DNA from: the human T2T-CHM13v2.0 reference genome, Homo sapiens
Assembly: GCF_009914755.1 (NCBI RefSeq)
Contig: NC_060944.1
Strand: one strand, 5' to 3'
Length of the DNA: 64,000 nucleotides
Of the stretch, positions 29,680-47,312 are shown one piece after another. The position numbers and the translations under genes are program-made. The first letter of the stretch is position 1, and every line of letters begins with the position of its first letter. Under the pieces are notes generated by a model. It ran no database searches. It was not told the origin of the DNA and was given only the letters and a program-made list of their open reading frames with translations.

Positions 29680-30827
29680 TTAAGGAGAGGGTCTTAATTT
29701 TAAAGTAGTAGCTAACGAATGCTGCATTTCCTAGCTGACTGCCTCCCAATCAGAAAGTGGTACCATTTGCACACCGCGTGGGGTAACCAGGGGCAGTTAG
29801 CGGAATAGGAGTCTCCCAGCCCGAAGGCACCAACCCCAGCCCCTACAGCCTTATTCCCAGCCACCCCAAGGATGAGGGAATTATATCCTAGCCTATCTAT
29901 AACCCAAGTGCAGCAGTGGCAGAGATGGGAGACTGCCCTGCACAATCTACACCACCATTAACCTGACCGTACTTGGATTTCCTATAGTATTTTATTTGCT
30001 GACACATGTAATTTGTCAGTTTTTCTGGATTATGTCATTTAATCCTTACATCACCCCAGAAGAAAGCAGTTATTGTTAGTGCTGCATTAAAGATGAGGAA
30101 ACTCAGGCAGATGCTCCGCACACTTTTCCCTCCTCCCAGCAGCATCACTCCCCACACAGCGATGGCCTCCTCTGGGCAAATGGGTGGGGCAGGCTGGACG
30201 TGCCAGGGAGTCAGGGCCTCTGGGAGCAGCCCACAAACTCTGAATGAGGCAAATTGGAGCATAAGTACCCCAGCTCCTTTTCTGCTCGGCTGGGACAACT
30301 GAGGCACGTCCCTCTGGGGGAATTTTAACCCTAAAGAGAGAAGATTCCTTCCTAAATGACCCCTCCCCTTGTTCCCTATAAGGTGACCCCCAAATGCCCA
30401 TTCTTGCTGTCTTCAGGAGTTAGAGCCCTTGATGCTTGGCAAGCACAGGACTGCCTAGAAGGGAGACTACATTTTCCAGCATTCCTTGCAGCCAGGTGTG
30501 GCCATGTGACTAAGTCCTGACCAATGGGATGGAAGCATAAGTCTGCATGGCAGCTTCCAGATACCTTTAGTTAAGTAATGGTGTATGTGTGCCCTTTGCT
30601 TCTCATTTTCCATCCCTCCCTCCATCCTGCAGCCAGAAACATGAATGCTGCCTTCCTGAAGGCCACACAGAACCTTCTGTGTCCCAAATACTGTACAGTA
30701 TCATACTAAACTGCTTAACCAGACCTTACACAAGTGAGAAACATTTTGGATAAGCCAATGACATTTTGGGTAAGCCAGTATCACTTTTTCTGTTTTTTTC
30801 TGTATGGCGGGGGGGGGGGGGGGGGGG

Positions 30828-31550
30828 CTGGTAAAATATGCATAACATAAAATTTACCAACTTAACCATTTTAAGTATATAGTTTGTGATAGTAAATATA
30901 TTCATAATGTTGTGAAATCACCACCAACATCCATCTCTGTAACTCCTCATCTTGCAAAGCAGAAACTCCGTACCCATTAAATACTAACTCCCCATTCTCC
31001 CCATCCCCAGCCCTGACAACCACCATTGTACTTTCTGTCTCTATGAATTTGACACGCCCAACTACCTTATGTAAGTGGAATCATACAATATTTTTCTTTC
31101 TGTGACTGGCTTGTTTCACTTAGCATAATGTCTTCAAGTTTCAACCATATTGTAGCATATGTCAGAATTACCTTCCTTTTTAAGGGTGTATAATATTCTA
31201 TGTATCGACCACATTTTGTTTACGTATTCCTTTGTCAGTGGACACTTGGGTTGCTTCTACATTTTAGCTATTGTGAACAGTGCTGTTATGAACACGTATA
31301 TGCAAGTAGCTATTCAAAACCCTCTTTCAATTCTTTTGGGTATATGCACAGAAATGGAAATGTTGCATCATATGGTAACTCTATTTTTTAATTTTTTGAG
31401 GAACTGCCATACTGTTTTCCACAATGGCTGTACCATTTTACAGTCCCATCAACAGTCCATAATTTCTCCACATCCTAACAAACACTTATTTTCTGTTGTT
31501 TTTTGTTTTGTTTTGTTTTTTATAGTTGCCATCCTAATTGGTCTGAAGTG
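30828..31550 (-). mobile_element. L1MB-like 3' end
   Basis: ggtaaaatatgcataacataaaatttacc...ggaactgccatactgttttccacaatggctgtacc. Confidence 0.85.
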
Positions 31551-32114
31551 GGTCAATGTCAGTTTGGAGTTTCTGTCCTTTATAGTTGAAAGCAATCCTA
31601 ATTAACACTGAGCCCAATCCACAAAGCATAGTTTTCTGTGCCCTTGCATGCCCATGCCATGGGTTCAAGTCAAGTATTCTGCAACCATGAAAGGTGCTAG
31701 AAAACCACACCACCATGTTCTCAGAAGGAAAAGTCATGAACTGAAGGAAGAACAATTATGAATATGTGCAATGTGCACGCATTCCCAGATCTAAAACCAT
31801 CTGCGAAGCTGAGTTCTATCTAGGAAACTAAACATCTCTGCATAAGTTTTACATTTCACATCAGGATGTTACATTTAGTAGTTTATTTTGTGTGTTGCAA
31901 TAACAGAGCCAGAAATTAGTTTTTAAATGTATAATTAGCTTTGAGAATAAAACTTAATAAAATCTAATTTTCTTATTGCTCTTTCCTGCTGGAAATATCT
32001 AAGAGTTTCCATAGCTTAAGAACATGTTTGAGGATCAACACATTAACCTGATATTGTGAGTAATTTTCATGCTGTAAAGACAAGTCTAGATATTATATTA
32101 AAGAGAAGTGATTT

Positions 32115-32481
<367 letters not shown>

Positions 32482-33731
32482 TCATAAAGTGAAAAAACTG
32501 GCTTCAATTAACTGTTTTACATAAATTATTTTTAGTTTTCAACAATTTGAATAATTGACTCTGTTGTTGTATTTTGATAGTTTTGTTTTTATTTCATTCT
32601 TGTTTTATTCAGTGTTTTGTTTAGTCTTTGACCTGTTAAAGACCTGATTTTGAAATTATTCAACTGCCAGGTAGAGACTATGCCTAGCACTGGCATGGAA
32701 CCAAGCCTGCACATACTAACCCATTGCTGCATTATTTTCCCCTGGCTTTAGGTAGCCATCAACTCACCTCTGGAATGTAAACTCCAGCCTGGCATGTATG
32801 TGTATGTGTGTGTGCCTATGGATGTGGATGAGCATTTCTATAATGATTTTCAGTTCCCACTACCACAATCCAAATGTCAAAACTTCTCCAAGGGGGCAAA
32901 GGGAGGGAATAAATTAATATGAATTTTAAATAAATCACAGAGCCTGATGGAACTGCTTCATGATGGGCATATAACTCAGAACCAAGTGCAATCAGTAAAG
33001 ACCAGGAAAACCCAACATGGCCTTTCCTTCAACTAGGACTCATGGATGTCATGCTTACCAGCCAAAGTACAGTAGACTATGGTCTAATGCCAACACAAAG
33101 GCCATCCAGGGAATCTTGATGGTCCATCAAGCTGCCCCGGATGTCTGAGCCACAGGGCACTTTCCCCCTTTGCTTTGGAGAACATGAGCTTCATCTGAAT
33201 GAGGTCCTATTTCTGGGCCTTAGGCTGCAGGAGTCCAAGAACGGATTATCTCAAGATACAGTGTTCCCGAAAGAGCATAGGCCCAGGGTGAGAAAACCCA
33301 GGTTCAAGTTCTGCCACCCACAGGCCCTCTCCCAGGCTCAGTTTCCCCATGAAGTTCTGTAACAAGTGGATTTTCAGGTCCCTTCTACCAGCTCCAAGTC
33401 TGTTTCTACAGATTAAACCCCAAGACAAAAGAGCTGACAGGAATCGAATCAATAAATGTGATTTGATAAATGTGTTCAGAACACAACAATGAATAACCTG
33501 CCCAAGATTCAGATTGAGAAACTGGAACTCAAACATAGAGCAGGTTTACAGAAATCCTCTGACTACCCTATGCCAAGGGTTCCCAAATCTGGCTGGAATG
33601 ACCAGTGGCACTCATTAAAAATGTTTAAGCTTCTGGGCCCCTCTTGAGGTCCAGGGTAGAGCCTAGACATCTGTATTTTAAAATTCATTTATGTAATTTT
33701 AAATGGATGAATATCTTACATGGTTAAATAA

Positions 33732-34052
<321 letters not shown>

Positions 34053-34379
34053 TAATTTTTTTAAAGATATAAAAAGATGTTCTGTTAAAAGTCTCCTTCC
34101 CACCTCTGTCTCCCAATTGCTCAGTTCCTACTCACTTATCTCCCTCAGGTAGCCAGTGTCATTGGGGCATGTGCCTGTGTGTGTGTCTGTGTGTGTGTGT
34201 CTTTGTGTGTGTCCTGAAATTCTTTTTATGCAAGCAAAAAAAAAACTCTACTCTCCTCCCCTTTTAAAAGACTACATGACAATAACATACTTTTTTCCAC
34301 TGCATAGTATTCCATTACATGGAGGAAGCACCTGTCTCCTTTTAATGGGCATTTATTTGGTTCCAGGCTTATTGCAGAT

Positions 34380-34537
34380 CCTGCTGCAGTGAGTATCTTT
34401 GCAGGCATGCCATTGCACACCTGCTGGAGTGTACCTGTTGCAGTGAGTATCTTTGCAGCCATGCCATTGCACACCTGCTGGAGTGTACCTGCTGCAGTAT
34501 TGGTGGAGGCATGCCATTGCACACCTGCTGGAGTGCA
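34380..34537. repeat. 54-bp minisatellite x3
   Basis: Unit cctgctgcagtgagtatctttgcaggcatgccattgcacacctgctggagtgta. Third unit is a 50-bp variant. Confidence 0.9.
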
Positions 34538-34689
34538 TCCTATAATACATTCCTCAAAGTAGCCTTCTGAGTCAAAGAGCACACACATTTATAACTTGAA
34601 AAAATGTTGACAAATTGCATCTTTTTTTTAACAGCTCCTATGTGATTTTAACACATTACTCAATCTGTGGGAGGGGAGACCATGCCCTG

Positions 34690-34870
34690 GACCAGTGCTG
34701 CTTAGTCAACATTTAACTTTTTAAACTGAAAATCACCTGGGGAGCTTGTTAAAATGCAGATTCTGATTCTGGAGTTCTAGGGTGGGCCCAAGAATCTGTA
34801 TTTCTAGCAAACTCCCGGGTGATGCCAATACTGCTGGTCCATGGACCGCACTTTGAGTATCAAGACACTA
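34690..34870. mobile_element. MER5A
   Basis: aatcacctggggagcttgttaaaatgcagattctg...ggtccatggaccgcactttgagt. Confidence 0.8.
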
Positions 34871-35499
34871 GAGGACACATACTGAGCATAATTCCCAGGT
34901 GTCAGCTGCTATGCCATGAAGGCAATTAGACTTAGCATGCCCAGGACCTAAATTCCAGTCCCGGGACAGCAGTTCGCCAGCTGAGGGGCCTTGCTGGCCA
35001 AATCCCTACATTTTCTGAGCCTCAGTCGCCTCATCTGTAAAACAGGTGCAGTAAAGATAAGTATGTAAGGATTAAATAACATCGGTACATCTCAAAACCA
35101 ATGTGCTGAGCAAAAGAAGCCAGACAATAGAGTACATCCCGTAAGATTCTATTTTTGTGGAACTGTAGAATAGGCAAAGTCAATCTATGGTGATAGAAAT
35201 CAGAATGGGTGCCTCCGGTCTGGGGCAAAGGGGACTGACTGGGAAAGGGGAGGAGGGAACTTTCAGGGGTAGTGGAAATATCTCACTTGTTTTCGTGGTA
35301 ACACGGGTATATACATTTGTCAAAACTCACTGAACTATGCACTTCAAATCTGTGCATTTTATAACATGTAAGTTATACCAAAATTTAAAAATAGATGAAA
35401 AGTAAATGATACAACTTCGTGTAAACTGTGACGTGCCATCAAAACAGAAGCCAGTCTTAGCTTAAGGAAATGTGCCACCTGCGTGCAGGGATGAGGTCA

Positions 35500-36300
<801 letters not shown>

Positions 36301-36796
36301 ACACGGGAGCCATGACGCTCTTTTCACTGGTTCCACTGGGGACTGTGAAGGAATCCCCAAGCGAACTCTTTAAACTTGGACTAGCTCAAGAGCCCAGGGC
36401 TTGTCACTTTGTCTCCTCTTGCATTCAAACTCAATTGTAGAACTCTTTAACAATGCCATTTTTTTTTTCTGATTACTTAAGCAATTCTTTTTTTTTTCTT
36501 TTGGTCTTTTTTATTTCCAATTGCTCGGTTATGCATGCAATTCTTTTTCATAATCATAACATGACGTTTAGGACCCTTCTGTATAGCAGAGGTTCTTAAC
36601 CATGGATGCAAAATAAAATGGCATGTCTCCATTAAGTAGTGAGGTGTGGCGCAAGTAATTTCTTAGTAATACCCGTGCATAAAAGCCTACAATAACTTAG
36701 GAGACATGCACGGTTATGTTTTTATAATTCACCCATGCTCTGATGGAGTTTGACATGCTTTCTTGAATGGAAAAAACAAATAGAGCCCCACCCATG

Positions 36797-37200
<404 letters not shown>

Positions 37201-37730
37201 TCAAACTCCTGGGCTCAAGTGATCCGCCATTAATTGGCCAACCCTCAATTCGAGAATAATAAAGGATTTTGTGCCATTATGTTCCATTTTAATTTTTATT
37301 ATGGAACTAATAGTTGGATTTTAAGGACAAGCTTTTAAAATATATATATATAATTAATAGCTAGACTTTGACAAATTTAAAAGTAAATTTAAGAAAAGAA
37401 ATTAATACCACTTGATGAGAATGTTTCTGAATGTAAATATTTTGTCATATCTCCAACTTTAAAAATAAGTATCAAAAGGGTTGTTTTCTTAAAAGGATTA
37501 GTAGTACCATATAATTACTAACTATATGGATTGTGTGTGATTATACTACAAATTAAAGTCATAGTTATCAAAGATAGAGAAAGAAAATTACACAGATCTT
37601 TGTGGAGTTTATTATTACACCAAAATATTACCTCAAGATAATAGATTCCGTCTGGAATAAAGCTCTGCAAGGCCCTAAACTGTGCTGGTGGCATGGTTAT
37701 TGTTCTATTTTCTTAAACCATTTAAAATTA

Positions 37731-37853
<123 letters not shown>

Positions 37854-39189
37854 TTATTTATAAAAATAAAAATAATAAATAAAAATACATAAAATGTAAT
37901 TGTATGGTCAAATTGAGGATAACCACATGAATATTTTTGTAGGTGCACATATACCATGCTGATAGCATGGTAAATTGACTTCAGGCTTCCTCACGAGAGC
38001 AAAACCAACATATAGCAAGAGTTATAAAATCATTTGTTCCCTATGATACCATGTATCAGTCAAATATTGCTACAGAACAAAATAGAAGTATTTATCACTG
38101 CATTCCCTGGGGCTGGGAGCTCAGCTGTCTTCCAGCTGTAGGTCTCCTTTCAGCAGGGGCTGCTCTGCTCCCAATGTCCCTCAAGCTTCTAAACTAGCAA
38201 TGAAAAAAGCACAAGAGCAAGCCCAGCCACACAAGCTCATCCCAGGCCTTTGTTTGCATCATGTCTGCTGACATCTCATTGGTCAAAGCAAATCACATGG
38301 CCACAAATAAAGTCAAGAGGAAGCAAGGAGGAGGCAGGGCTCAGCCTGAGGCCCTGGCAAGGGTGTGGGTGGATAATCCCATCATGCTGGAGTGGAGAAT
38401 CAGGACCCACAACTCAATCGACCACACATGGCAATACCATTTGAGAAAAATATATTCTAGAAACATAACAAAAAATTCTTTCAATTTAATCCAGTGAAAT
38501 AAACACTCAGAAAATATCTCCTCACAAAGCGTAGCCTCAGAGTTAAATATTGCACAAAATCAAGTCTCTGCCCTCAGGGTGCAGGAGGCGAATCCATACT
38601 GACTAATGAAAACACAAGATAATCTGGACAACTTCTAAAATAAAGATCTTAGCAAAATGCTGTGGTTGTATTGTCTAACTTCAGGTGCACTGGGAAATGC
38701 AATCCTGCTATGTGCTTAGAAGGAGTGTGCAATATTTGTCAACAGCCCTAAAGACCATATCACTGATAGGAGACCATTCAGTAGGAGTAGAGATCGTATG
38801 CATAAGGAAGAAATCATTGCTGAATGAATTTGTTAATTCAAGAGACATGTTCGTAGAGATAGATTCCACAGGACTTGATGAAAGGTCAGCTATGGAAGAG
38901 TTACTCTAAATACAGTTGAATGGCACTAGTTTGGGGGCAGGGACAGGAAATGGATGTTTTAGAATAAGAAAGATCTGAGGTTAAGTTCTGGTCCCATCAC
39001 TTCAGTAAGTGATTTAACCTATCTAGTCCCAGTATGGAGACTGGTAAAATGAGAATAATCACTTATGTAAGTAGGGTAACCACACATCCCAGTTTGCCTA
39101 AGACACATTTACACCCACTATCTCAGCGTAAATATAGCAAGCACCATCTTTCACTCTCAAGGGTATCTTGGTTTGTCTGAGAAATACAC

Positions 39190-40420
<1,231 letters not shown>

Positions 40421-40934
40421 CAAAAAGTGTGATCACCTTTGCAGTATAGACATTTAATAAATATTACTTGCTTTATGTTATAGCTATATATATGTATAAT
40501 GGCTAAGAGAGGGAGAGGTGCAGAGAGGAGAATGGCTTAGCAAACTGCAGTAACAATAGGAGAAAATGGGCTATAACCATTGAACAATTTTACTTATTTA
40601 TTTTATTTATGTATTTATTTTTTTAAAAAAACAGGGTCTTGCTATGTTACCCACACTGGTCTCGAACTCCCTGCCCTCAAGCAATCCTCCTGCCTCAGCC
40701 TCCCAAAGTGCTGGGATCACAGGTAAGAGTTAGCACACCTGGCCCCACCAAACAATTTTAACCTTGTGGAATATACTATGATATAAATAAAAATGCTTAT
40801 AACAAACTTGAAGGGGAAAAGAAAAGCAAAATACCAGATGCATGGTAATTTTAGCAGTACAAAAATATCAGAAATTAGTGAAATATGCCAGGTTTAATGT
40901 TCATCATATCTTTTATTCCATTTAAAGTTGTTTA

Positions 40935-41218
<284 letters not shown>

Positions 41219-42480
41219 TTATTTAAATGTAAAATACAGTTTCAAAATTTTTTAATTAACATTTTTCTTCACTAACAAATATCTAAAAGCCTGAGTAAAA
41301 TAGGCTTAGATGTTTTGCCTTTTAGTCAATTTCATACTCTAGCATTTTGAGCCATCCCTTTCAGTTGAGATACATTCTGAGTTTGCTTTGGACATTTTAC
41401 AGAAACAAAAGGTAATGGAGGTAATCATATATTCCTTAGAGGTGGGTTTCACGTTAGGTCTCTGCTGCCTACTATTGTGTGACCTTGAACAGGTCAATCT
41501 GTTTTCTACAATGATGGACTTAAGCTAAAGAATATCTAAGGTTCCTTTCTGCTTATTATGAGCAGAATTGTATTCCTCCAAATCTCACATGTTGAAGTCC
41601 TAACTCCCTCAAAATGTGGCTGCCTTCAGAGATGGGGCCTGTAAAGAGGTAATTGAGGCTGTTAGGGTGGACCCGTCTGTGGTGCTTTGTTCTGGAAGCC
41701 CTAGCAAACGAATACACTGCTCTAACACTCTGACTCTGCACCTTTTACCATCCGTCCTTTACCCAGAACATGCAAATGTCTGCCACAAGAGGGCCACCCT
41801 ATACTAAAATTGAATGCCCTGCCACATGGTCCCACCAGGGTGCAGCTTGAAGCCTTTCCACCAAACTGGACCAACTCAAAAGGTAAGTCAGCCATGGAAA
41901 GTGACAGCCCAGGAGTAAAAGGGCAGGCAGACCCCTGGCTCCCGGATCCCTACTATCCCTGCTCCCTGTAGCCAGGCCTCTCCATGAGGCCCCAGTCTCT
42001 AAAGACGCACCCGTGAAGTATGCTCAGTGCTCCTGGAAGTGATGAGTCTGTAGGAAGGGTCACAGCAGATGGAGAAACACACTCAGAAGCAAGGCTCTCT
42101 CTCCAACTAACTGCACACACGCAGTTGACTCTGAAGAGTTGCTGGAAAATGAAGCCTGAGATTCAAACACTATCAAAGAGAGCACTAAGCATCCAACCTG
42201 CTTTTCTCAGGGTCTAATTCAGAAACTGAAGCACCAAAAAAAAAAAAAAAAAAAAACAAATTTGTGTGACAGCAAGTGTGTGCCTGGTGCTTTGACTGAC
42301 AGGCACCGACAAAAGGCAGGATTACCAAATGTAATGCAGGATCCTAAACTGGACCCTAGACTGCAAAAATAAAATCTATAAGGGACATTGTGATGACAAT
42401 TGATGAAATTTGAATATGGAATGAGGATTGATAAAAATATTGTAACAGAGTTAAAATGTCTAATTTTAAACATTGTATTA

Positions 42481-42957
<477 letters not shown>

Positions 42958-43726
42958 TTATGTTGATATAAACATATATAAATAAATACATAAAATAATA
43001 AAGCAAATGATTGGTGGATTTAGGTAAGAGGTATAGAAGTTCCTTTTACTCCTCCTGCAACTTTTCCATAAGTTTGAAATTGTAACAAAAGAAAAAGTTA
43101 CCTCTCAAAATCCCAACACCTCCAGGAAAATTGTGCTGAGAACAGGTGTTTCTTAATGATAGCAAGAAAACGCAAAAATCTTCCTTTGATTCACCAGATG
43201 GTATCATGATCTCAGCAACCAGGATTTCATTGACAACCACGGTAGGAGTTTTACACCTACCGAAATGATGGTACGGATTTTCAGAGACATCTGGACTTGC
43301 CTTCTCTGCACAGTCTCAGAATGTCCTTGAGACATTGTCGTACCAACTCATCGTCATTCTGGTTATGCATGAAAAGCAGCCCTTCCCATGACCTCAGAAA
43401 TGCAGAAATGAGTCATTGTCCCAGCAGGTGCCATCCTCAGGACTGCGTTTGGAGAAGTGTCTTTTACAGTTATAATTTCTGTGGCTATAAATCTAGCCAT
43501 GGTATTCATATTTCTGCCCTATATTTCTCTCTAAGATATCATTAAACAAACCTACCACCACTTTCAAGTTGGGTCAGCCTACATCTGAACCACAGCCCGT
43601 TTCCTTCTGGGAATACACTGTCAAGTGGTTTGATATATTACCAAGCCACAGTTGTCCAACTGGCATGCCCACTCTGTCCTAAAAAGAAGGATGTTCCAGC
43701 CCTGCTTTGTATCAGTTAGGAGATAG

Positions 43727-44077
<351 letters not shown>

Positions 44078-44141
44078 CCATGAATATATTTCTGATAGAA
44101 ATATACATTCATATATTCATAGATTGAACATACATTTGGGG

Positions 44142-44460
44142 GCTGGGCATCTGGCTCTCGCCCAGCACTTTGGGAGGCTGAGGCAGGTGGATTGATTGAG
44201 CACAGGAATTTGAAACCAGCCTGGGCAACATGGCAAAACCCTGTCGCTATATATAAAAAATAATAATAATAATACAAAAAATTAGCTGAGCATGGTGGTG
44301 TGTACCTCTGTAGTCCTAGCTACTCGGGAGGCTGAGGTGGGAGGATAGACTGAGCCTGGCAGGTCAAGGCTGCAGTGAGCCATGATTGTGTCGCTGCACT
44401 CCAGCATGGGCCACAGAGCAAAACTCTATCTCAAAAAAAAAGACAAAAATTAAAAAAAGA
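44142..44460 (+). mobile_element. AluJ
   Basis: TSD aacatacatttggg. Confidence 0.9.
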
Positions 44461-46792
44461 AACATACATTTGGGCTGTCCATTGTTTTGTAGGTCCAGGT
44501 CTACTTTTCTATTAATATCAGTAGGGACTGATTGAACACAAGAGAACATGTTCTATCTTCCAAAGTTCACTAGCTTCCCAGCGTTGACCTGAAATTGGGG
44601 GGGACAACAATAGTGCAAGCTATTTTATGAACTATTTTCATATTGTGCATACAGTTTAGGAGTATAGTAAGGTACAGTTTAGGAGTATACTATACATTTT
44701 AAGCCCCTCAACGGCCCCTCAGACCTAAACTCCACATGAAGTTTTCTAATGAAATTCTAAAAATAGTCAGTTTACAGAAGTTCGCCATTGTTTAGCAGGG
44801 TCTGGCCAAAATTCAAAGAATGACCTATTCCAACCATCTGACTTGTTAGTTCATTTGGTAAGGAGCTACAAGTGATGTGAATATTTCCTGCTATTCCACC
44901 CTCTACCACCTGCCTGCTCATGATCAACTCCTACTGACTTCTATGCCTTCATTTATTTGAAATTTATGTCATCAGGCTTTACTTCTCACCCAGCATACAT
45001 CATCCTTTTCTCCATTTGCCTGTCACCCTCAGCTTTGACACCAATATCTTCCCTACTCCTTTACACCTCCCACCCAACCCCTCATGTATATTAATGTATG
45101 CAGGAAGATGTCTAAAGTGGTCTTCAGTTCTACACACCCACGCCCCCATACCCCAAGACACCATTCCAGTTAAGGTCCCCCGCTGTTTACCTGGCAGACC
45201 TGCTGTATGAGTATCTTCACTAGACTGCAGCTCTTTGAGGGCAGGGCTGATAGCAATGCTGGGCATCCCTCAGTGGCCATTGTCCACCTGAGGATCTCCC
45301 CAGGTGCCCACCCTCCATCCTTCTCCATGCCTCTCTAAAACGCTGAAAGCCTGGCCCTCCCAGACTGCATCACCTCCGGGTGCCTCTCATGTCCTCTAGC
45401 TTCCTGTAGGGTTTGGCAAATGGGAGTCACTGTCAGGAGATCAAAAAGACTCCCTTCCTGCTTCCCTTCTGCTCTGGCATAATCTCTCCTCCAAGATCCT
45501 TTCCTCCTGCTCCTTTAAAGCCTACAGGTAGTAATAGTTTCCCACTGTTGCTACTACACCATGGGCACTTCACCATGCTTTGTTGATTCATTTGGCTCGT
45601 TAGATACTAGGAACGCTGGGAGCTACAAAATCTCATTCAGCAACTAGTTAAAGCTTCTGACACAAAGTGGATGCCCAATAAAATGAATTAAAGAGTGAGT
45701 GAATATTAGAGCCAGGAGCTGTAGCATGCACCTGTAATCCCAGCTACTTGAGAGGCTGAGGCGGGAGGATCACTGGAGACCGGGAGTTCAAGGCTGCAGT
45801 GAGCAATGATCATTCCTGTGAATAGCCACTGCACCCCATTCTGGGCAACATAGTGAGACCCTGTCTCTAAAAAAAAAATAATAATTAGTGAATATTAGAT
45901 AGAAACTTGAAATAAAAGATAAAGTTTTTGCATGTTGGGAGGTTTGTCATGAAACTCTTAAATGGGAAAGCTGAATAGTGCTTGGCCAAAGATGGATCAT
46001 TACAAGGGATCTTACCAGCAGTTCCAGGCCCTCTCATTCCACATTCGCTGATTGGGCTGTTTCAAGGGGCATGGTCAAATTTAGTAGCAGTCCAAAATTG
46101 AAATTTACTTTGCTGTCTGCTATGATGGCTAGGTTTACATTGTCTGTCATCATTAGAGGAAATATATAGGGACAGAACAAAAATACATTTATTAAGAAAG
46201 AGAACAGTGCACCAGTCAGCAGAAAGACTATAGTTATAAGACACATGAAAAGAAAAAGTTAATTCCTTGGAAAAGAGCTTTCTATTTTAAGAAGATGAAC
46301 AAAATAAGAGAGGTCCTTAAGTGATAGCTAATGAAGACACTTCCCAGGCATCCTCAATGGCTGTGGCTTTTCAGATGTCAACCGAAAACAAAATCCATTA
46401 CAAAGCGTAGCATCCAAGTTGGATATGGGTTGCTTATTTTGTTCTGTGGTCAGCCTTTGCTGAACATAGCAGTCTAAACCAGAGCCACAGAGCTGTGAGT
46501 GGTCCTTGTCTGTAAAATGCACTTGGACTGTCCTCGGTGACCCTAATTGCATGACTTGGCAAGAACAACAATTAAATAGGATATTTTGGACCAAATTCTC
46601 TCAGAGTACATTATTTTCTCAAGGTAACCTGAGTTTTGGGGTGACACACACAGTGTAACCAAAAGTGCCACTTTGCGAGGGTTTGCTAACTGATGTCCTC
46701 GTAACCTCCAAAATCAATTTCAGGGCATTGCAGAGTCAACACATCAATGTTCCCCTGCCTGCATTTGGGGCACTTGCTGGCTGAGTCACCTG

Positions 46793-47312
46793 CAGGAGTG
46801 TTCTGGAGTTGCCTCTTAGTAGATCATGAGAGCCAATTGCTAAATTTTCAGGAATTTTGCAAGCTGGTTGACACCTCATCGGTAGCTTGAAATTGGAAAC
46901 GGTGAGAGTATCTACACCACAAGAATGATAAACACTACAAAGGAAGACATTTCTCTCCTAGAAAGTCAGCTGTTGGCCAAGCACTGTGGCTCATGCCTGT
47001 AATCCCTGCACTTTAGGAGGCCGAGATAGGAGGACTGCTTGAGCCCAGGAATTCAAGACCAGCCTAGGCAACATACAGAGACCTCATCTCTACCAAAAAA
47101 AAAAAAAAAAAAAAAATTCACCAGGTGTGGTGCCATGCACCTGTAGTCTCTGCTACTCAGGAGGCTGAGGTGGGAGGATCACTAGAGCCCAAGAGGTCAG
47201 GGCTGCAGTAAGCTATGATCGCACCATTGCATGCCTGCTCTGGTGACAAAGTGAGACCCCATCTTAAAAAGAAAAAAAAAAGTCAGTTGTTAAACATTTA
47301 CTAACCTCACAT
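46793..47312. mobile_element. MER63-like hAT element with an AluJ (46975-47280) inserted
   Basis: gagagccaattgctaaattttcaggaattttgcaagctggttg...agtcagttgttaaacatttac. TSD aaagtcagc/ttgtt. Confidence 0.65.

Noticed and set aside
34380-34537. Possible CRISPR-like array (also 6181-6246)
   Set aside because: Head-to-tail units without unique spacers, in a eukaryotic genome with no cas genes.
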